64,000 bases of DNA from Octopus sinensis (taxonomy: Eukaryota), in the NCBI RefSeq assembly GCF_006345805.1, contig NC_043009.1, positions 28,892,001-28,956,000 of the forward strand, given 5' to 3'. Positions 11,662-25,639 of the stretch are shown one piece after another; positions within the stretch are counted from its first letter, which is position 1, and the number at the start of each line of letters is the position of its first letter. The notes beneath the pieces were generated by a model. It was not told where the DNA came from. It searched no databases and saw only the letters and a list, made by a program, of their open reading frames with translations. Made by a program: the position numbers and the translations under genes.

Positions 11662-12219
11662 TTGTTCTTGTTGCCATTGTTGCTGTTGTTGCTTATATAT
11701 TTATGTTGTCGTGGTTCCCATCACCATTGTTACAGGAAGTATTTTTGTTGTTGCTGTTGCTGTTCTCCATACTGCTATATTATTTGTTATTCATGTCCAC
11801 ATGAGCATACATACGTACATGCACACACACGCACACACATATTTGTAGGTATACACACACATGCATACACATAACCATTTGCTTATATGTATATGAATGC
11901 TTATGCACACAAATTAACATACATCAGTCCATGAATGCATGTATGTATATATGCCTATACACACATACACAAACATGCATACACACACACACACACACAC
12001 ACACACATAAATACATATACAAAAATATATACATATACAAATATATGTATTGTATGATTTGTCATTATCATCTTTTATTATTATCATTATTAATATAATC
12101 ATCAATATTATTATTATTATTATTATTATTATTTTATTATTATTATTATTGTCATCCTTATTATTATTGTCATTATTATTATTATTATTATTATTATCAT
12201 TATTATTATTATTATTATT

Positions 12220-12553
12220 GAGTGAGAGAGCAGTTCATGCCATCAAAGTGACACTGGGGTAAAATATACGAAGCCCAATATACCCATCATGACTACCCGT
12301 CTGATAAAGGTACACTAGGCACATGCATCACAACCATATGTGCGCGACATGGTGATCTCATATCAAGATAAACAGCATATGACCTTGCAGGTGGGGCCCA
12401 GTTAGAATTTTCTTCAGGTTGAGTAGCCCATCCCGCTCAAAAGGTCCCTGAATAAGGATTGTTTAAGGATGTTGAAAGAACCACCCGTGTTTCCAGAGGT
12501 GAATTATTCAAACCCCAAAGAATCCCTCTCAACACATGGCTATGATGCTCCCT
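12220..12553 (-). mobile_element. (AAT)n-embedded non-coding retroelement, 5'-truncated copy
   Basis: Closely matches 29691-30025; (TTA)n-rich arrays on both sides. Confidence 0.8.
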
Positions 12554-12826
12554 ATTATTATTATTGTTATTATTGTCATTATTATTATTGTTATTATTAT
12601 TGGTATTTTTATTGCTATTATTATGAAGACAGAATTACTGCTGTTGCTGTTGTTATCATCTGCTCCCCTCCTCCTTCATTCACCCCCCACCTCTTGATAG
12701 CAGTTGTATGAAAAGAGTGTCTTAATGCTGCCCATCGAATGATTCCATTACCATTTCTACAGGGAGACTTAGCAAACACATGCCCAAACACACACACACA
12801 CACACCAATAATTGGTTCACAGCCAG

Positions 12827-12849
<23 letters not shown>

Positions 12850-12861
<12 letters not shown>

Positions 12862-13599
12862 CATACATACATACATGCATGCATACATTTATTATATATA
12901 TATATATATATATATACATACATACATACATACATACATACCATCAATATATATATATCATAAATATATATTATCATCATCATCATCATCATCATCATCG
13001 TTTATATATATATATATACATACATACATATATATATATACACACACACACACACACCACACACACACCACACATGCACATGTATATCACATGTAACATA
13101 CGCACCCATACAGTACGTATTCATTTCTGTAGCATATTTCTTTCCTCCTCTTTTGTCGTTATACTCAACCCTCATCTGCGTAAATGGTCAAACTGGAACA
13201 CTTGCTTGCACATGGATGCACATGCATGCAGTTGTGCATACACATACTCATTCATATGCAAGGTGTCCCATGAGTAAAGCAGCATTTTAACCTGTTTTGT
13301 ATTCACCAGAATGACATACTTATAGGAACACATGGTAGGCTTTAAATGTCAGAGAGATACATGCATAATGTGCATACATGACTGCATCTGGTATTATAGA
13401 TGCATTTACATACAGAGAAGCACATGCACACTGGTGTATTTACATATGTTCAAAGATGAGAATGCATACAGAAACATACACCTGTCTCTCTCTCTCTTTC
13501 TCTCTTTTTTATGTCACTTTCACATATATGCACACACCCATTTATATATATATATATAATATACATACATACATACATACATACATGCATGCATACATT

Positions 13600-13664
<65 letters not shown>

Positions 13665-13743
13665 TATACATAAATATATATATATCATCATCATCATCAT
13701 CATCATCATCGTTTATATATATATATATACATACATACATATA

Positions 13744-13780
<37 letters not shown>

Positions 13781-14255
13781 ACACATGCACATGTATATCC
13801 ACATGTATACATACGCACCCATACAGTACGTATTCATTTCTGTAGCATATTTCTTTCCTCTTTTGTCGTTATACTCAACCCTCATCTGCGTAAATGTGCA
13901 AACTGGAACACTTGCTTGCACATGGATGCACATGCATGCAGTTGTGCATACACATACTCATTCATATGCAAGGTGTCCCATGAGTAAAGCAGCATTTTAA
14001 CCTGTTTTGTATTCACCAGAATGACATACTTATAGGACACATGGTAGGCTTTAAATGTCAAGAGAGATACATGCATATATGTGCATACATGACTGCATCT
14101 GGTATTATAGATGCATTTACATACAGAGAAGCACATGCACACTGGTGTATTTACATATGTTCAAAGAATGAGAAATGCATACAGAAACATACACACTGTC
14201 TCTCTCTCTCTTTCTCTCTTTTTTATGTCACTTTCACATATATGCACACACCCAT

Positions 14256-14260
<5 letters not shown>
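12850..14260. repeat. Tandem duplication, ~710-bp unit
   Basis: gcatacattt at 12881 and 13591; cacacacccatt at 13531 and 14245; intervening unique sequence nearly identical apart from 1-bp indels. Confidence 0.9.
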
Positions 14261-14312
<52 letters not shown>

Positions 14313-14631
14313 AGTGTATGTATATATGTATGTATACATAAACACATGCAGAACATGCCCACATGACACCCACGTAAATATACATAACCACAAATTTTAC
14401 ACTTATATAGATACAACCACCCCAACACCATCCCCCACACAAATATACATAACTATATATATATATGTGTGTGTGGTGTGTGTGTGTGTGTGTGTATAAC
14501 AATATTTTGTCAAGCATTTGAGTGTGTTTAATATATGCACTCATGTATGTATACATCATACATTGAACCAATTGTATGTATAGACATATATAGTGCATAT
14601 ATGTATATGTGTGTGAATAAACAGTATAAAT

Positions 14632-14672
<41 letters not shown>

Positions 14673-15179
14673 TATATTTATATATATTTATATTTTCATG
14701 TACTATATACATATACTGTACAAATATATTTTGATATATATACATACATGCATGTATATACATCCATACATGCATAACATCACATCATGATCATTTTACA
14801 TCTACTTTTCATGTTGGTATGAGTTGCATGAATTATCTGAGATGGACACAATTCTTATTTCAAGTTGCTCTCTTATTGACAATCCAAGATTCACAATTTG
14901 CTCATATATTCTAGGTTTTATTATCATTTCTATATCTGGATGCACTTCAAATCACAAATAACTTTATTTAAAGAACTGTGTACATTTTATTGTGGCACCA
15001 GCACTTGAGAGGTTGTCTTGTCTCTAGCAAGATTTAACAGTTGTCTCCATGTTATCTCTGTTTACAAACCAGTTTACAGTGTACTTGGCACAAATTATCA
15101 TTGCAGTTACATTAGAGCATTTGCCGAGTTCTTTTCAAAACGAAAGAGTTCTCTTTCCTCTACATTTTCACTACTCATT

Positions 15180-15531
15180 TTAACCTTTTAAGTTCGAAAC
15201 TAGCCATATCCAGTCCAGATATTCTAATTGTTTTATGTTCAAATTAGCCAGATTCCCACTCTTGGGCTACAATGTCCTTCCAAAACTATACAAATGCATC
15301 GTCGAAATATTGAAGCCGTGAGATGATGCATGATTGCTTCAAAATAATGCAAATAAATGGGCACCGGCATGGCTGTATGGTTAGAGGTTGCTTCCCAACC
15401 ACATGGTTCTGGGTTAAATTCCATTGTGTATCAACTCGGGAAAGTGTCTTCTTCTAAAGGCTTGGGCCAGCCAAAACCTTGTAAGTGGCTTTGGTAGACA
15501 GAAACAGAAAGAAGCCCATAGTGTATATAAA

Positions 15532-15594
<63 letters not shown>

Positions 15595-15784
15595 ATATAT
15601 ATATATATATATGTATATGTATATACATGTATACACACCCACACACACATATATATGTATACATGTATATATATATATATATATGTATTTATATATATAA
15701 TACATGTATACACATATATATATATATATATATATACATATATATACATACATATATATTTATATCTTATATACATATATATTT

Positions 15785-15815
<31 letters not shown>

Positions 15816-16105
15816 CATATACATATATATACATACATACATACATATATATATATATTGTGTGTATCTTTATGTCTGTGTTTGTGCCTCACCATCACTT
15901 GGCGACTGATGTTGTTTTGCTTACATCCTTGTAACCTAGTAGTTTAGCAAAAAGCGGTTGATATAATTAGTACCTGGCTTAAAGAGTAAAGCAAGTAGTG
16001 AGGTTGGTTCATTTGACTAAAATTTCTTTTTGGCTGTGCTCCAGCATGGCCGCAACCTAATGACTGAAACAAGTCAAACAGAAAAAAAATAATGTTAAAA
16101 GTTAA
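15180..16105. mobile_element. TTAA-bounded (piggyBac-like) MITE interrupted by a SINE
   Basis: Starts ttaaccttttaag, shares its body with 27285-27390, and ends aatgttaaaagttaa after the SINE. Confidence 0.55.
15359..16082 (+). mobile_element. tRNA-headed SINE family B, full length, with expanded internal microsatellite
   Basis: Head gggcaccggcatggctgtatggtt (A-box-like), ggttctgggttaaattcc (B-box-like), a CORE-like segment, ~350 bp of (CTAT)/(TA) repeats, then the 3' half ending gactgaaacaagt. Confidence 0.8.
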
Positions 16106-16429
16106 TCAGAAGGTCTCATGTTCCGTCCCAACATGTGACAATTTTGGCAAGTGCTTTTTACTATTCATCCGACCCTTGTGAGTGAATCTGGGTTGAGGGG
16201 AAACTTTATGGAAGCCTGTCAACTGAAGTCTATTGGTAACTAAATGAGACAGCCTTGTTATAGTGTCACGTGGACTCTACTTGAGAATTACACTAAGTAT
16301 AAACAAGTAATACAAGTGTCCATGGAATACTCAGCCAGTTATGTACAAATTCAATGAGTTGACAGTTCATTTGATTGAACAACTGATATTCTTATTGTCG
16401 AAACCAATAAAGTTATTTTCGCTTGACTG

Positions 16430-16990
16430 CATGTGTATGTGTGTATGTGTGTGTTTTGTGTTTTTTAATATGTGTATGTATTTGTGTAGTTGTGTGTGTG
16501 TGTGTGTTTGAATGTGTGTATTAGTGTTTGAATGTAATGCGTGTGTGTTTTCTGTGTATTTGAATGTGTGTGTGTAGTTGTGTGTTGTAGTTGTGTGTGT
16601 TTTTGCTTATTGGAATGTGTTTGTATGTGTGTATGTCTTTGTGTGTGTGTGTGTGTATATGTTTGATAATTTGAAGTTGTATTTGTTGTTTGTTTAAATA
16701 TGTGTGAGTGTTTATGTGTATTTGAAAGTGTGCGTGTGATTATGTGTATTTGAATGTGTGCTTGTTTGTTTGAATGTGTGCGTGCCTGTATGTTTGATTG
16801 TGTGTGTTTCTGTTTGCTGTGTGTTTGAAAGTGTGTGTATGTGTATTTCTGTGTGTTCAAATGAGTGTGTGTGTGTCTTCATGCATCTTTCAATGTGTAC
16901 CTGTGTTTGCGTGTATGAATGTGTGCCTGTATTTGCATGTATAAATGTGTGTGTGTGTGTGTCTATGTACGTTTGTGTGTGTGTTTATGT
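16430..16990. repeat. Degenerate TG-rich minisatellite (tttgaatgtgtgtg-like unit)
   Basis: Direct reading; (t)ttgaatgtg recurs many times. Confidence 0.8.
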
Positions 16991-18429
16991 GTATATATAT
17001 GGAAACTGGAATTACAATTCCATACCAAACAACCATTTTCATAAACATCTCTGATTGGTTTTGAATCTCTGATTGGTTTTGAACAGCCATAAAACAGAAT
17101 TGAACCCAAGTTGCTGATTTCATTTCTTGGCCGTTTACTTCCAATGACATGCACAAACTCACAAATGCAATTTAAAAAATGCTAACTCATGAGTAAAATT
17201 ATTTAATAACATATAGGTTTAATAGTTGCTTTCCAATATCTGCACAATGTTTAATGTTTGTTAAAATTTGAACTTTAAATTGCAAGCTTTGTCCTGCATC
17301 ACTGCACATAATTCAATAGACTGTGACATCACGCATACTGGTTCTATGCCATTTCAGATGTTAGCAGCCAGTTGGCAATATGGCAATAGTTTCTTCTTGG
17401 CTCTTTCTTCAATAAGCTCATATCATGTATGAACATATATGAACAATTTTGTTAAGGTGGTCTCTCTTGATGGAGAGGTGTGCGTGTGAATTTTTATGTT
17501 CCTATATATGTGTGTGTCTGTGTGTGTGTTAGAGTGTGTAAGAATAATTTTGTTTTAAACTTTGTGAGTGTTTGTGTTTTTATATTGAGCTGTCTGTATG
17601 TACAGGTTGGGCATGTAATGACAAATGTGCAAGAAGCTAAATTGTAATTTGACAAAAATAATCCTTTTAAACAGAATTGTGTTTTAGAAGGTTTGTCCTT
17701 GAAACTTGTTTAATTTAAACCCTAAAAAAATGATAAATGGATATGTCCCCCTGTTTATTATGTTCCTACTCAATCACTGGTATTCATTTTCCCTCCCCTT
17801 ATAAGTGCTGGTGCTTAGTTTCCTATAGGAAATAATACAAAGCTAATTTCTTTTTAAATATCCAGCCTTAATTCTGAATCAGATGAGAGATAAATTTCCC
17901 GGGATGGGGCATATATCTTTGGCAGTCACAATAGAATATAATGTCATGAGCTTAGCAACATCGATGAAACACCTGCAAGAAATCTGAAATCTTTAACTAT
18001 AAAACTTAACCTTCTTAAACAGAGTCATGAACTCAATTATAAGCATTTATACAGGCTTCAGTTTATTTAAGACTCTTTTTATTTAACATCAAAATCACTC
18101 TGTGAGGTGATTGACATTAGAAAGAGCTTTCAGGCAGCCATAGAAATCATGCCAAATCAAACACTGGAACTTCAAACAGTCTTCTGGTTGCTTAGCTGCT
18201 TGTCAAGCCACCCGACCCATGCCAGAAAATGGACATCAAATGGTGAGGACAATCATGAATGTTGTTTTCTTTTAAGTACCAGATGTAGTTTGACAAAGTT
18301 GTGTGCTTCCTTTAAACATGTATGAAGTATGAAATATGACTACAGTAGCAATATAACTCACTTGAGTATATTGTAACATTATGAACATGTTGCATAAAAT
18401 ATAATGAAATGCTTGCAACAGAAACGGAA

Positions 18430-18600
18430 CACAACCCATCAAGAAGACATGGGGAAAAGAGGTGAAGGATGCTGGCAAGAAACTGAAGATTATTAAAAAA
18501 AAATGACAGAGGAACGCAAGCGATTGGATGCTGTGGTGAAACGGACCTATGCAACCCTTGTATAAGTGGATAAACACATGTAAAAATGATGATGATGACA
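18430..18600 (+). mobile_element. RTE-type LINE extreme 3' end
   Basis: cccatcaagaagacatggggaaaagaggtgaaggat encodes a P.KTW..EVKD motif; (GAT)n tail. Confidence 0.5.
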
Positions 18601-19059
18601 TGAATATATAATTTTCATCATCATCACATTAATTTTTTTTCATACTTGCATGGATCGAATGGATTTATTGAGGCAGATTTTTTATGGCTGGATACCCTTC
18701 CTGTCACCAACCATTTCCTGTTTCTGAGTAAGGTAATATTTCTCAATAGCCAGATGTCTTTCTAGAATATGGCAAATATATGTGAACACTGCTTATATGA
18801 CAGTGGCACTCATTTACAACTGCCCTACAATATCACAAGAAGCAAGTACAAACACACACACACTTATAGCTATATGCACATATACATATATATATGGCAG
18901 GCTTCATTTGGTTTCCTTTTACCAAAACTTCTCACAAGACGCTTGCCCAAGGTGCCATGCAGTAGGAATCAGCTTGGGACCAAGTGATTTACAAACAAAT
19001 CACTTGCCACATGGCCACACTAGTGCCTATATATATAATATATATATAATCGTTACCAC

Positions 19060-19412
19060 CCGAGCATGATCATTGCCAGGGCCGCTGACTGGTTCCCATG
19101 CTGGTAGCACATAAAAAAGCACCATTTGAGCATGCTCATTGCTAGTGCCGCTGGACTGGTTCCTGTTCAGGTGGCACGTAAAAAGCACCATTTGAGCATA
19201 CCTGATGTCAGTACTGCCTGACTGGCCCTCGTGCTGGTGGCACGTAAAAGCACCCACTACACTCTCGGAGTGGTTGGCATTGGGAAGGGCATCCAGCTAT
19301 AGAAACTCTGCTAGATCAGATTGGAGACTAGTGCAGCTTACTGGTTCGCCAGCCGTCAGTCAAACCATCCAACCCATGTCAGCATGGAAAGTGGGCATTA
19401 TAAACGATGATG
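19060..19412 (+). mobile_element. SINE family G with internal subrepeats
   Basis: Repeated ggcacgtaaaaagcacc motifs followed by the conserved gggaagggcatccagct...acgatgatg end. Confidence 0.8.
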
Positions 19413-19457
19413 GTGATATATATATATATATATATTACATATATATACATTTATATT

Positions 19458-19493
<36 letters not shown>

Positions 19494-20105
19494 ATATATA
19501 TATAATATAATATATATATGGGAAAGTAAATTTCACATGCTGTAAAACTATAAGGACAGCAGAGAAAGATTGAGTATTTATAAAATGGAAAAAGTTACCA
19601 GCAGGAGGCTACAGAAGTTGAACCTGTACACCTCAGATACTGACTGAATGCTCTACCATTAAGCTAAATGGTCCCTGACAACAATTACCATCAATTCTAA
19701 AGCTTAAAATATGTAATTATATATATATATAATGCATACACACACACACACACACACACACAAAATACTACCTGCAGGTGTTTTTGTCTTGCAAGGAACT
19801 TGGTGACCCTCTTGGTGTTGGTGCCATGTAAAAAGCACAAGTGATGATGCCACATAAACAGCACGTAGTGCACCCTGTAAAGTGGTTGGCTTTAAGAAGG
19901 GCATCCAGCTGTAGAAACCATTCCAGAACGGACAATGGAACCTGGTACAGCTCTTGGTCTTTTCCAGCACCTGACAAAACCATCTGACACATGCCATCAT
20001 CGAAAACTGACTTTAAATGAGGATAATGATGATGAGGATTATACATAGCTAGACAGATCGGTAGATCGGTATCAGTAGATAGATAAATACACAAACACAC
20101 ATACG

Positions 20106-20136
<31 letters not shown>

Positions 20137-20873
20137 TATAATATTATATATATACAAGAAGATGGTATATGTGTACCTTTATGCTGTGCACTATTATAAA
20201 GGAAACTTTCAGACACATGTCTATATTAATGACTTGAAATAGAATCAAACTTTAGATCGAGATAAATAGGTGTTTAAATATTGACATACATTGATACATA
20301 TGAATTATTAATTATCATTTTACATTTATAGCTTCACACACTGATTTGTGTACATATCTGCACACTTATTCACTTACATTTACAGACATATGTGTACATA
20401 CAATCACACACACACACACACACCCATATATATATATATATATATGTGTCTGTGTGTGTAGGTTGGTAGTTATGTAGAGATACAACGTTATATCTAAATT
20501 CATTTTCGTTTGTATGTATTCAAATAGGCTTTCACACAGACAAACATAATTACTCTCAAAGATGTAAAACACTGGCAAATATACTGAAAGACGTGTTCAT
20601 ATATGCAGATGTGTGAATACACAGGCATGCATACACACACATATATATATGTTTGTACACACACATAAAATATATATACATATATAAATATATAATATAT
20701 GCTATATATGCATCGATACATGTGTGTGTGTGTGTATATATGCACACACACACACACACACATATATGCTATGTATGTGTATACATTCATATATATGTAT
20801 ATATATATATACACATATATATGCATATAAGTATATAAACATATACATACATATGCATGTCTCGCTCTCACTT

Positions 20874-20907
<34 letters not shown>

Positions 20908-20931
20908 TACATATATATATATAAATATATA

Positions 20932-20963
<32 letters not shown>

Positions 20964-21274
20964 AACATATATAAGTGTGTATGTTTGTGTGTGTGCATGT
21001 GAGTGTGTGTATATATATATGCATGTATGTGTATATGAGTGTGTGTGAGCGTATATTTTATATTTGCATACGTATGTACACACACAATCACAAACCTAAA
21101 TTATTGGAAAGCAAAACAGAAAAGAAAGTGCGTTGTTAATCACCCCATTACCTACTCAATATGCCCTCACCCACTCCCTCCACCACCATCATCACCACCA
21201 CCACCACCACCATTACTACCATCACCACCACCTCTAACATATAGACATACATTCAGTGTTTTTCTTTATTTCAG

Positions 21275-21335
21275 CAAGAATCAGCAAGAATTATCCAATG
21301 CTAAATTTTGCCAAACATGGCATCAGTGTTGGCAA
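21275..21335 (+). CDS. Candidate isolated internal exon (RISKNYPMLNFAKHGISVG or KNQQELSNAKFCQTWHQCWQ)
   Basis: Strong acceptor tttttctttatttcag and donor CAA|gtatgt; 61 nt with two open frames; no partner exon established. Confidence 0.3.
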
Positions 21336-21829
21336 GTATGTTAACGCTTAAATCTACGTCGTATATGCTACATTTTCTAATTTCAATTTAGAATAGTTGT
21401 CAATCTCCAATTTACAATTGTTCTTAACAGAGAATAATAAATGTCCAATTATGGATAGCTATAATTCTAACAGAAACTAAGCACTTTCTACAGAAATATA
21501 TTTGGCATTGCCGTCCTCGTTGTTGTTGTTGTTGTTATCACTGCCATTGTCTCAGCAATGCTTACAACCACTTCTGACAACCCTGCTGCCTTCATTACCA
21601 TGACCACCACTGTCAATGCTGTGTTGGCCACAATCACTGTTATTGCTGCTGTTGTTCTCGTTATTGTCATCACCTTCATCACCTTCATCAACATCATCAT
21701 CATCATCATCATGCTCCTCATCATCGACATCATCATCATCATCATCATTGTCATCTTTACTGTCATCACCATCATCATAGCTGTCATCATCATCACATCA
21801 CCACCATCATCATTCACTATTATTGTCAT

Positions 21830-21878
<49 letters not shown>

Positions 21879-21915
21879 GTCATCATCATCATAATCACCA
21901 CCTTCATCAACACTT

Positions 21916-22241
21916 CTAAAGACTCCGCCGGTTACGACGACGAGGGTCCCAGCTGATACGATCAACGGAACAGCTTGCTCGTGAAATTAACGTGCAAATG
22001 GCTGAGCATTCCACAGACACGTGTACCCTTAACGTAGTTCTCGGGGATAATCAGCGTGACACAGAGAGTGACAAGGCTGACCCTTTGAAATACAAGTACA
22101 ACTCATTTTTGCCAGCTGAGTGGACTGGAGCAACGTGAAATAAAGTGTCTTGCTCAAGGACACAACGCGTTGCCGGGAATCGAACTCACAGCCTTACGAT
22201 CATGAGCCGAATGCCCTAACCACTAAGCCACGCGCCCTCAC
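21916..22241 (-). mobile_element. tRNA-headed CORE-type SINE family C, full length
   Basis: Reverse complement has A box TGGCTTAGTGG, B box GAGTTCGATTCC and CORE-like gtgtccttgagcaagacacttt; CpG-rich, so probably young. Confidence 0.85.
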
Positions 22242-22296
22242 TTCATCAACACTATCATCATCATCACTATCATTATCATCGTCATCATCATCATCG

Positions 22297-22338
<42 letters not shown>

Positions 22339-22847
22339 CCTTCATCAATACTATCATCATCATCATCATCGTCATCAACCTCATCAACATCATCATTGTC
22401 ATCAATACTATAGCTGATATTCTTGCGATCACTGTAATTGACATCACCTCCGCTTCTGCTGCTGATACTGCTACCATTGCTGCTATCACTTTTATCATCA
22501 TCATCATCATCATCATTGTCAGTGTTTAATCCATTGACATTTCTGTGCTGGTACGATTTGGATGAGATTTCCCGAAGCGGTATTCTTTGACTGGATTCCC
22601 AATCCAGAGGCCAGTGGTTGGCTGTCTGCAACTAAAAGGATTCTATTGCAAAGGTCTTTCATTGTGTACTCAACTCAAAGCCTGACAGAGACAAAACATG
22701 GAGACACACACACACACACACATGTGTGCACACACAAACACATACACACACACCAAGTTTTCAATCATAAATTTCACTGCTATGTGTAACTGTGAATCAT
22801 TTTCTGCTATTGAGCCATTTTTGCAAATTTGGTGCTAAATTTATAGG

Positions 22848-22881
<34 letters not shown>

Positions 22882-22969
22882 CGCACATACATGTATGCAC
22901 ATATACAAATACATATATCCCTCTCTCTCTTTCGGAGAGGCACTGAGCAGCTATACGCACACATACACA

Positions 22970-23128
22970 CACGGCAGTAACTTCCACCTACTGAATTCAA
23001 TCACAAATCTTCGGTTGGCTTGGGGCTATAGTAGAAGACACCTACCCAAGGTACCACGCAGTGGGACTGAACCCAAAACCATGTAGCTAGGAAGCAAGCT
23101 CCCTAACCACACAGCCATGCCCGCGCCT
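22970..23128 (-). mobile_element. SINE family B head
   Basis: Reverse complement ggcgcgggcatggctgtgtggtt...ttcagtcccactgcgtggtaccttgggtagg. Confidence 0.75.
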
Positions 23129-23149
23129 ATATATATATATATATGATAA

Positions 23150-23403
23150 ATAATAAATGTACCCCTTTAAAATCCTAGCCAGGCTCATGGGCCCGGTTTC
23201 CTGGTTTCTATGGTGTATGTGTTCCCCAGCTGGATGGGATGCCAGTCCATTGCAGCATTACTCATATTTGCCAGCTGTGTGGACTGGAGCAACGTGAAAT
23301 GAAGTGTTTTGCTCAAGAACACAATGCATCGCCCGGTCCAGGAATCAAAACCACAATCTTACGTTCATGATACTGACACCCTAACCACTGAGCCATGCAC
23401 CTC

Positions 23404-23406
<3 letters not shown>
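23150..23406 (-). mobile_element. CORE-type SINE
   Basis: gtggactggagcaacgtgaaatgaagtgttttgctcaagaacac shared with 21916-22241; tRNA-like head near 23400. Confidence 0.75.
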
Positions 23407-23450
<44 letters not shown>

Positions 23451-24399
23451 TCATCTAGACAATGTTATTACAAATATATATTAATACCTTTGAAAATATA
23501 TGTTAAAAGAACATTATCAGGGTAATTCAATACATACATATGTATTTAAATACTCCTGCTTTTTGGCTTGTCATTTTCCTTGTTGACAAGTACATATCAA
23601 TAAATAATTACATATATTCAATTAGGTTTTCACTTATTTGTAAACCAAATAATGCTGGACGTTCAGGAAGATCACAAATACAAGAAATCCAATTTGACAG
23701 TTGTGGGAAAGGATCTGTGGTAGACCAACAGTACAAAAATCCTGTCTTAAGCTTTTCAGAATCACCTGAGTTTCAGAAAATCTGACAGTGGTGTGTGCGT
23801 GGTACAATTGACAGACAGTTGCTAAAGGATGTAAATAATGTCATAAATGACAAAATTGTCCAAACAGATGCAGCATATATAAAATAAACCTTGACATCAC
23901 TGAGAACTTGATTTTTGAATGATTTTTAAGTCTGGCATCAATGATTTTTAACAGTTGTAATTGTATTCCCATGATACTTTGTGAACTACAGTAAAGTGTG
24001 CGAATAATGCAACATTATCAACATCACTTCATTCTAGTAATGAGATTGGGAAAAGCCTTGAAGTATTAATTAAACAAGTGAATATATGAATGCCTTAGTT
24101 CCAAAATATGTATAAAAGAGTACTAGCATAATACAGGAGATTCTTCATATAAACATTAAACTTGAACATAGTTGAGATACACTCGTATATATACCTGCAT
24201 ATATATGTACACTTATATATATATATATGTATACACACACACACACACACACATACATACATACTTGCAATAACAGGCTAACGATCATATGTGAATTCTA
24301 AAAACACAGAAATTCACTTCAGTTCATCAATCTAAAAATTATAGACATCAATGCATTTCAGTTGACACATTTAAATATGTACACCTTACATTTACAATT

Positions 24400-24498
24400 A
24401 TATATATATGCATGCATGTATATGTATATATATATAGATAGATGCATAGATATATATATATATATATATGTATATACATGCATATATGCATATATATA

Positions 24499-24585
<87 letters not shown>

Positions 24586-24760
24586 TGTATATACATGCAT
24601 ATATGCATATATATATATATGTGTGTGTGTAAATATATATATATGTATATATATGTATATGTATATGTATATATATTATATATATATGTGGGTAAGTGTA
24701 TATATATGTATGTACGTATGTATATATACATATATATATATATGTATTATATATTGTTAT
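24400..24760. repeat. (TA)n compound microsatellite
   Basis: Direct reading. Confidence 0.95.
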
Positions 24761-25151
24761 ACAGTGTATATGCAAACAACCATACATTCATTGATTAGGT
24801 ATGTTTATATAGGAAAACAGACATCATTCAACACGAACACAAACACACAGGGCCACACACACAAAAACACACTGGAGTAATTTACATATAGTTTTGCTTT
24901 TAAAATCTTGATACAACTCATATTTCGGTTAATTTCCTGGAAGTAATGTCCATTTTGCCTGCATCCGTTCTGAAGTAGGCATATTCAGAAGATAACAAGC
25001 TATTTTAGCTGCAGAAACTGTAAGCTGTCATCAATGTTTCCAGTTGATTTCTCTCACATCTGTCAATTCTGCAATTATTATTAATAATATATATTTGCAA
25101 ATACCTACTTTGGGATATCATGTTTTTGTCTGTTTTTCTACAGTTTCTTCA

Positions 25152-25200
<49 letters not shown>

Positions 25201-25639
25201 CTCTATTTCATTAATTTATATAGTATCTATTTGCCTGGAACTCATCATCATCGTCGTCATCGTTGTCATCTTCCTCATCACCATCATTGTCAAACAGCAA
25301 GTCTTCAAACATCACAAACCCATACATATTATAGGGAAAAGGAAAATAAAAAAGCAAAACAAAAAAAAACATTATATAAACAGAACAATCCCAAACTCTG
25401 ACAACATTTTTAACAACAACAATAACCAACTCAGCATGCTTAGTTTTAATAATATTATTAATAATAATAATAATGGTTTCTAATTTTAGGCATGAGGCCA
25501 GCAACTTCAAGGGTAGCATACTTCTGTTATTGACACCGAAAGTATGATAGACAAAATGACGTCGGCAGAATTTGAACTCAGAACAATTAGATGGACAAGA
25601 TACTGCTGGGGATTTTTCCCAGCACAGTAACGATTCTTA

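Noticed and set aside
14790-14940. 49-codon minus-strand open frame (FEVHPDIEMIIKPRIYEQIVNLG...)
   Set aside because: No recognisable homology and no good donor site.
21916-22241. tRNA gene calls for SINE heads (also 15359, 23400, 27100, 37105, 49230)
   Set aside because: A/B boxes are present, but there is no acceptor-stem closure and they run into SINE bodies.
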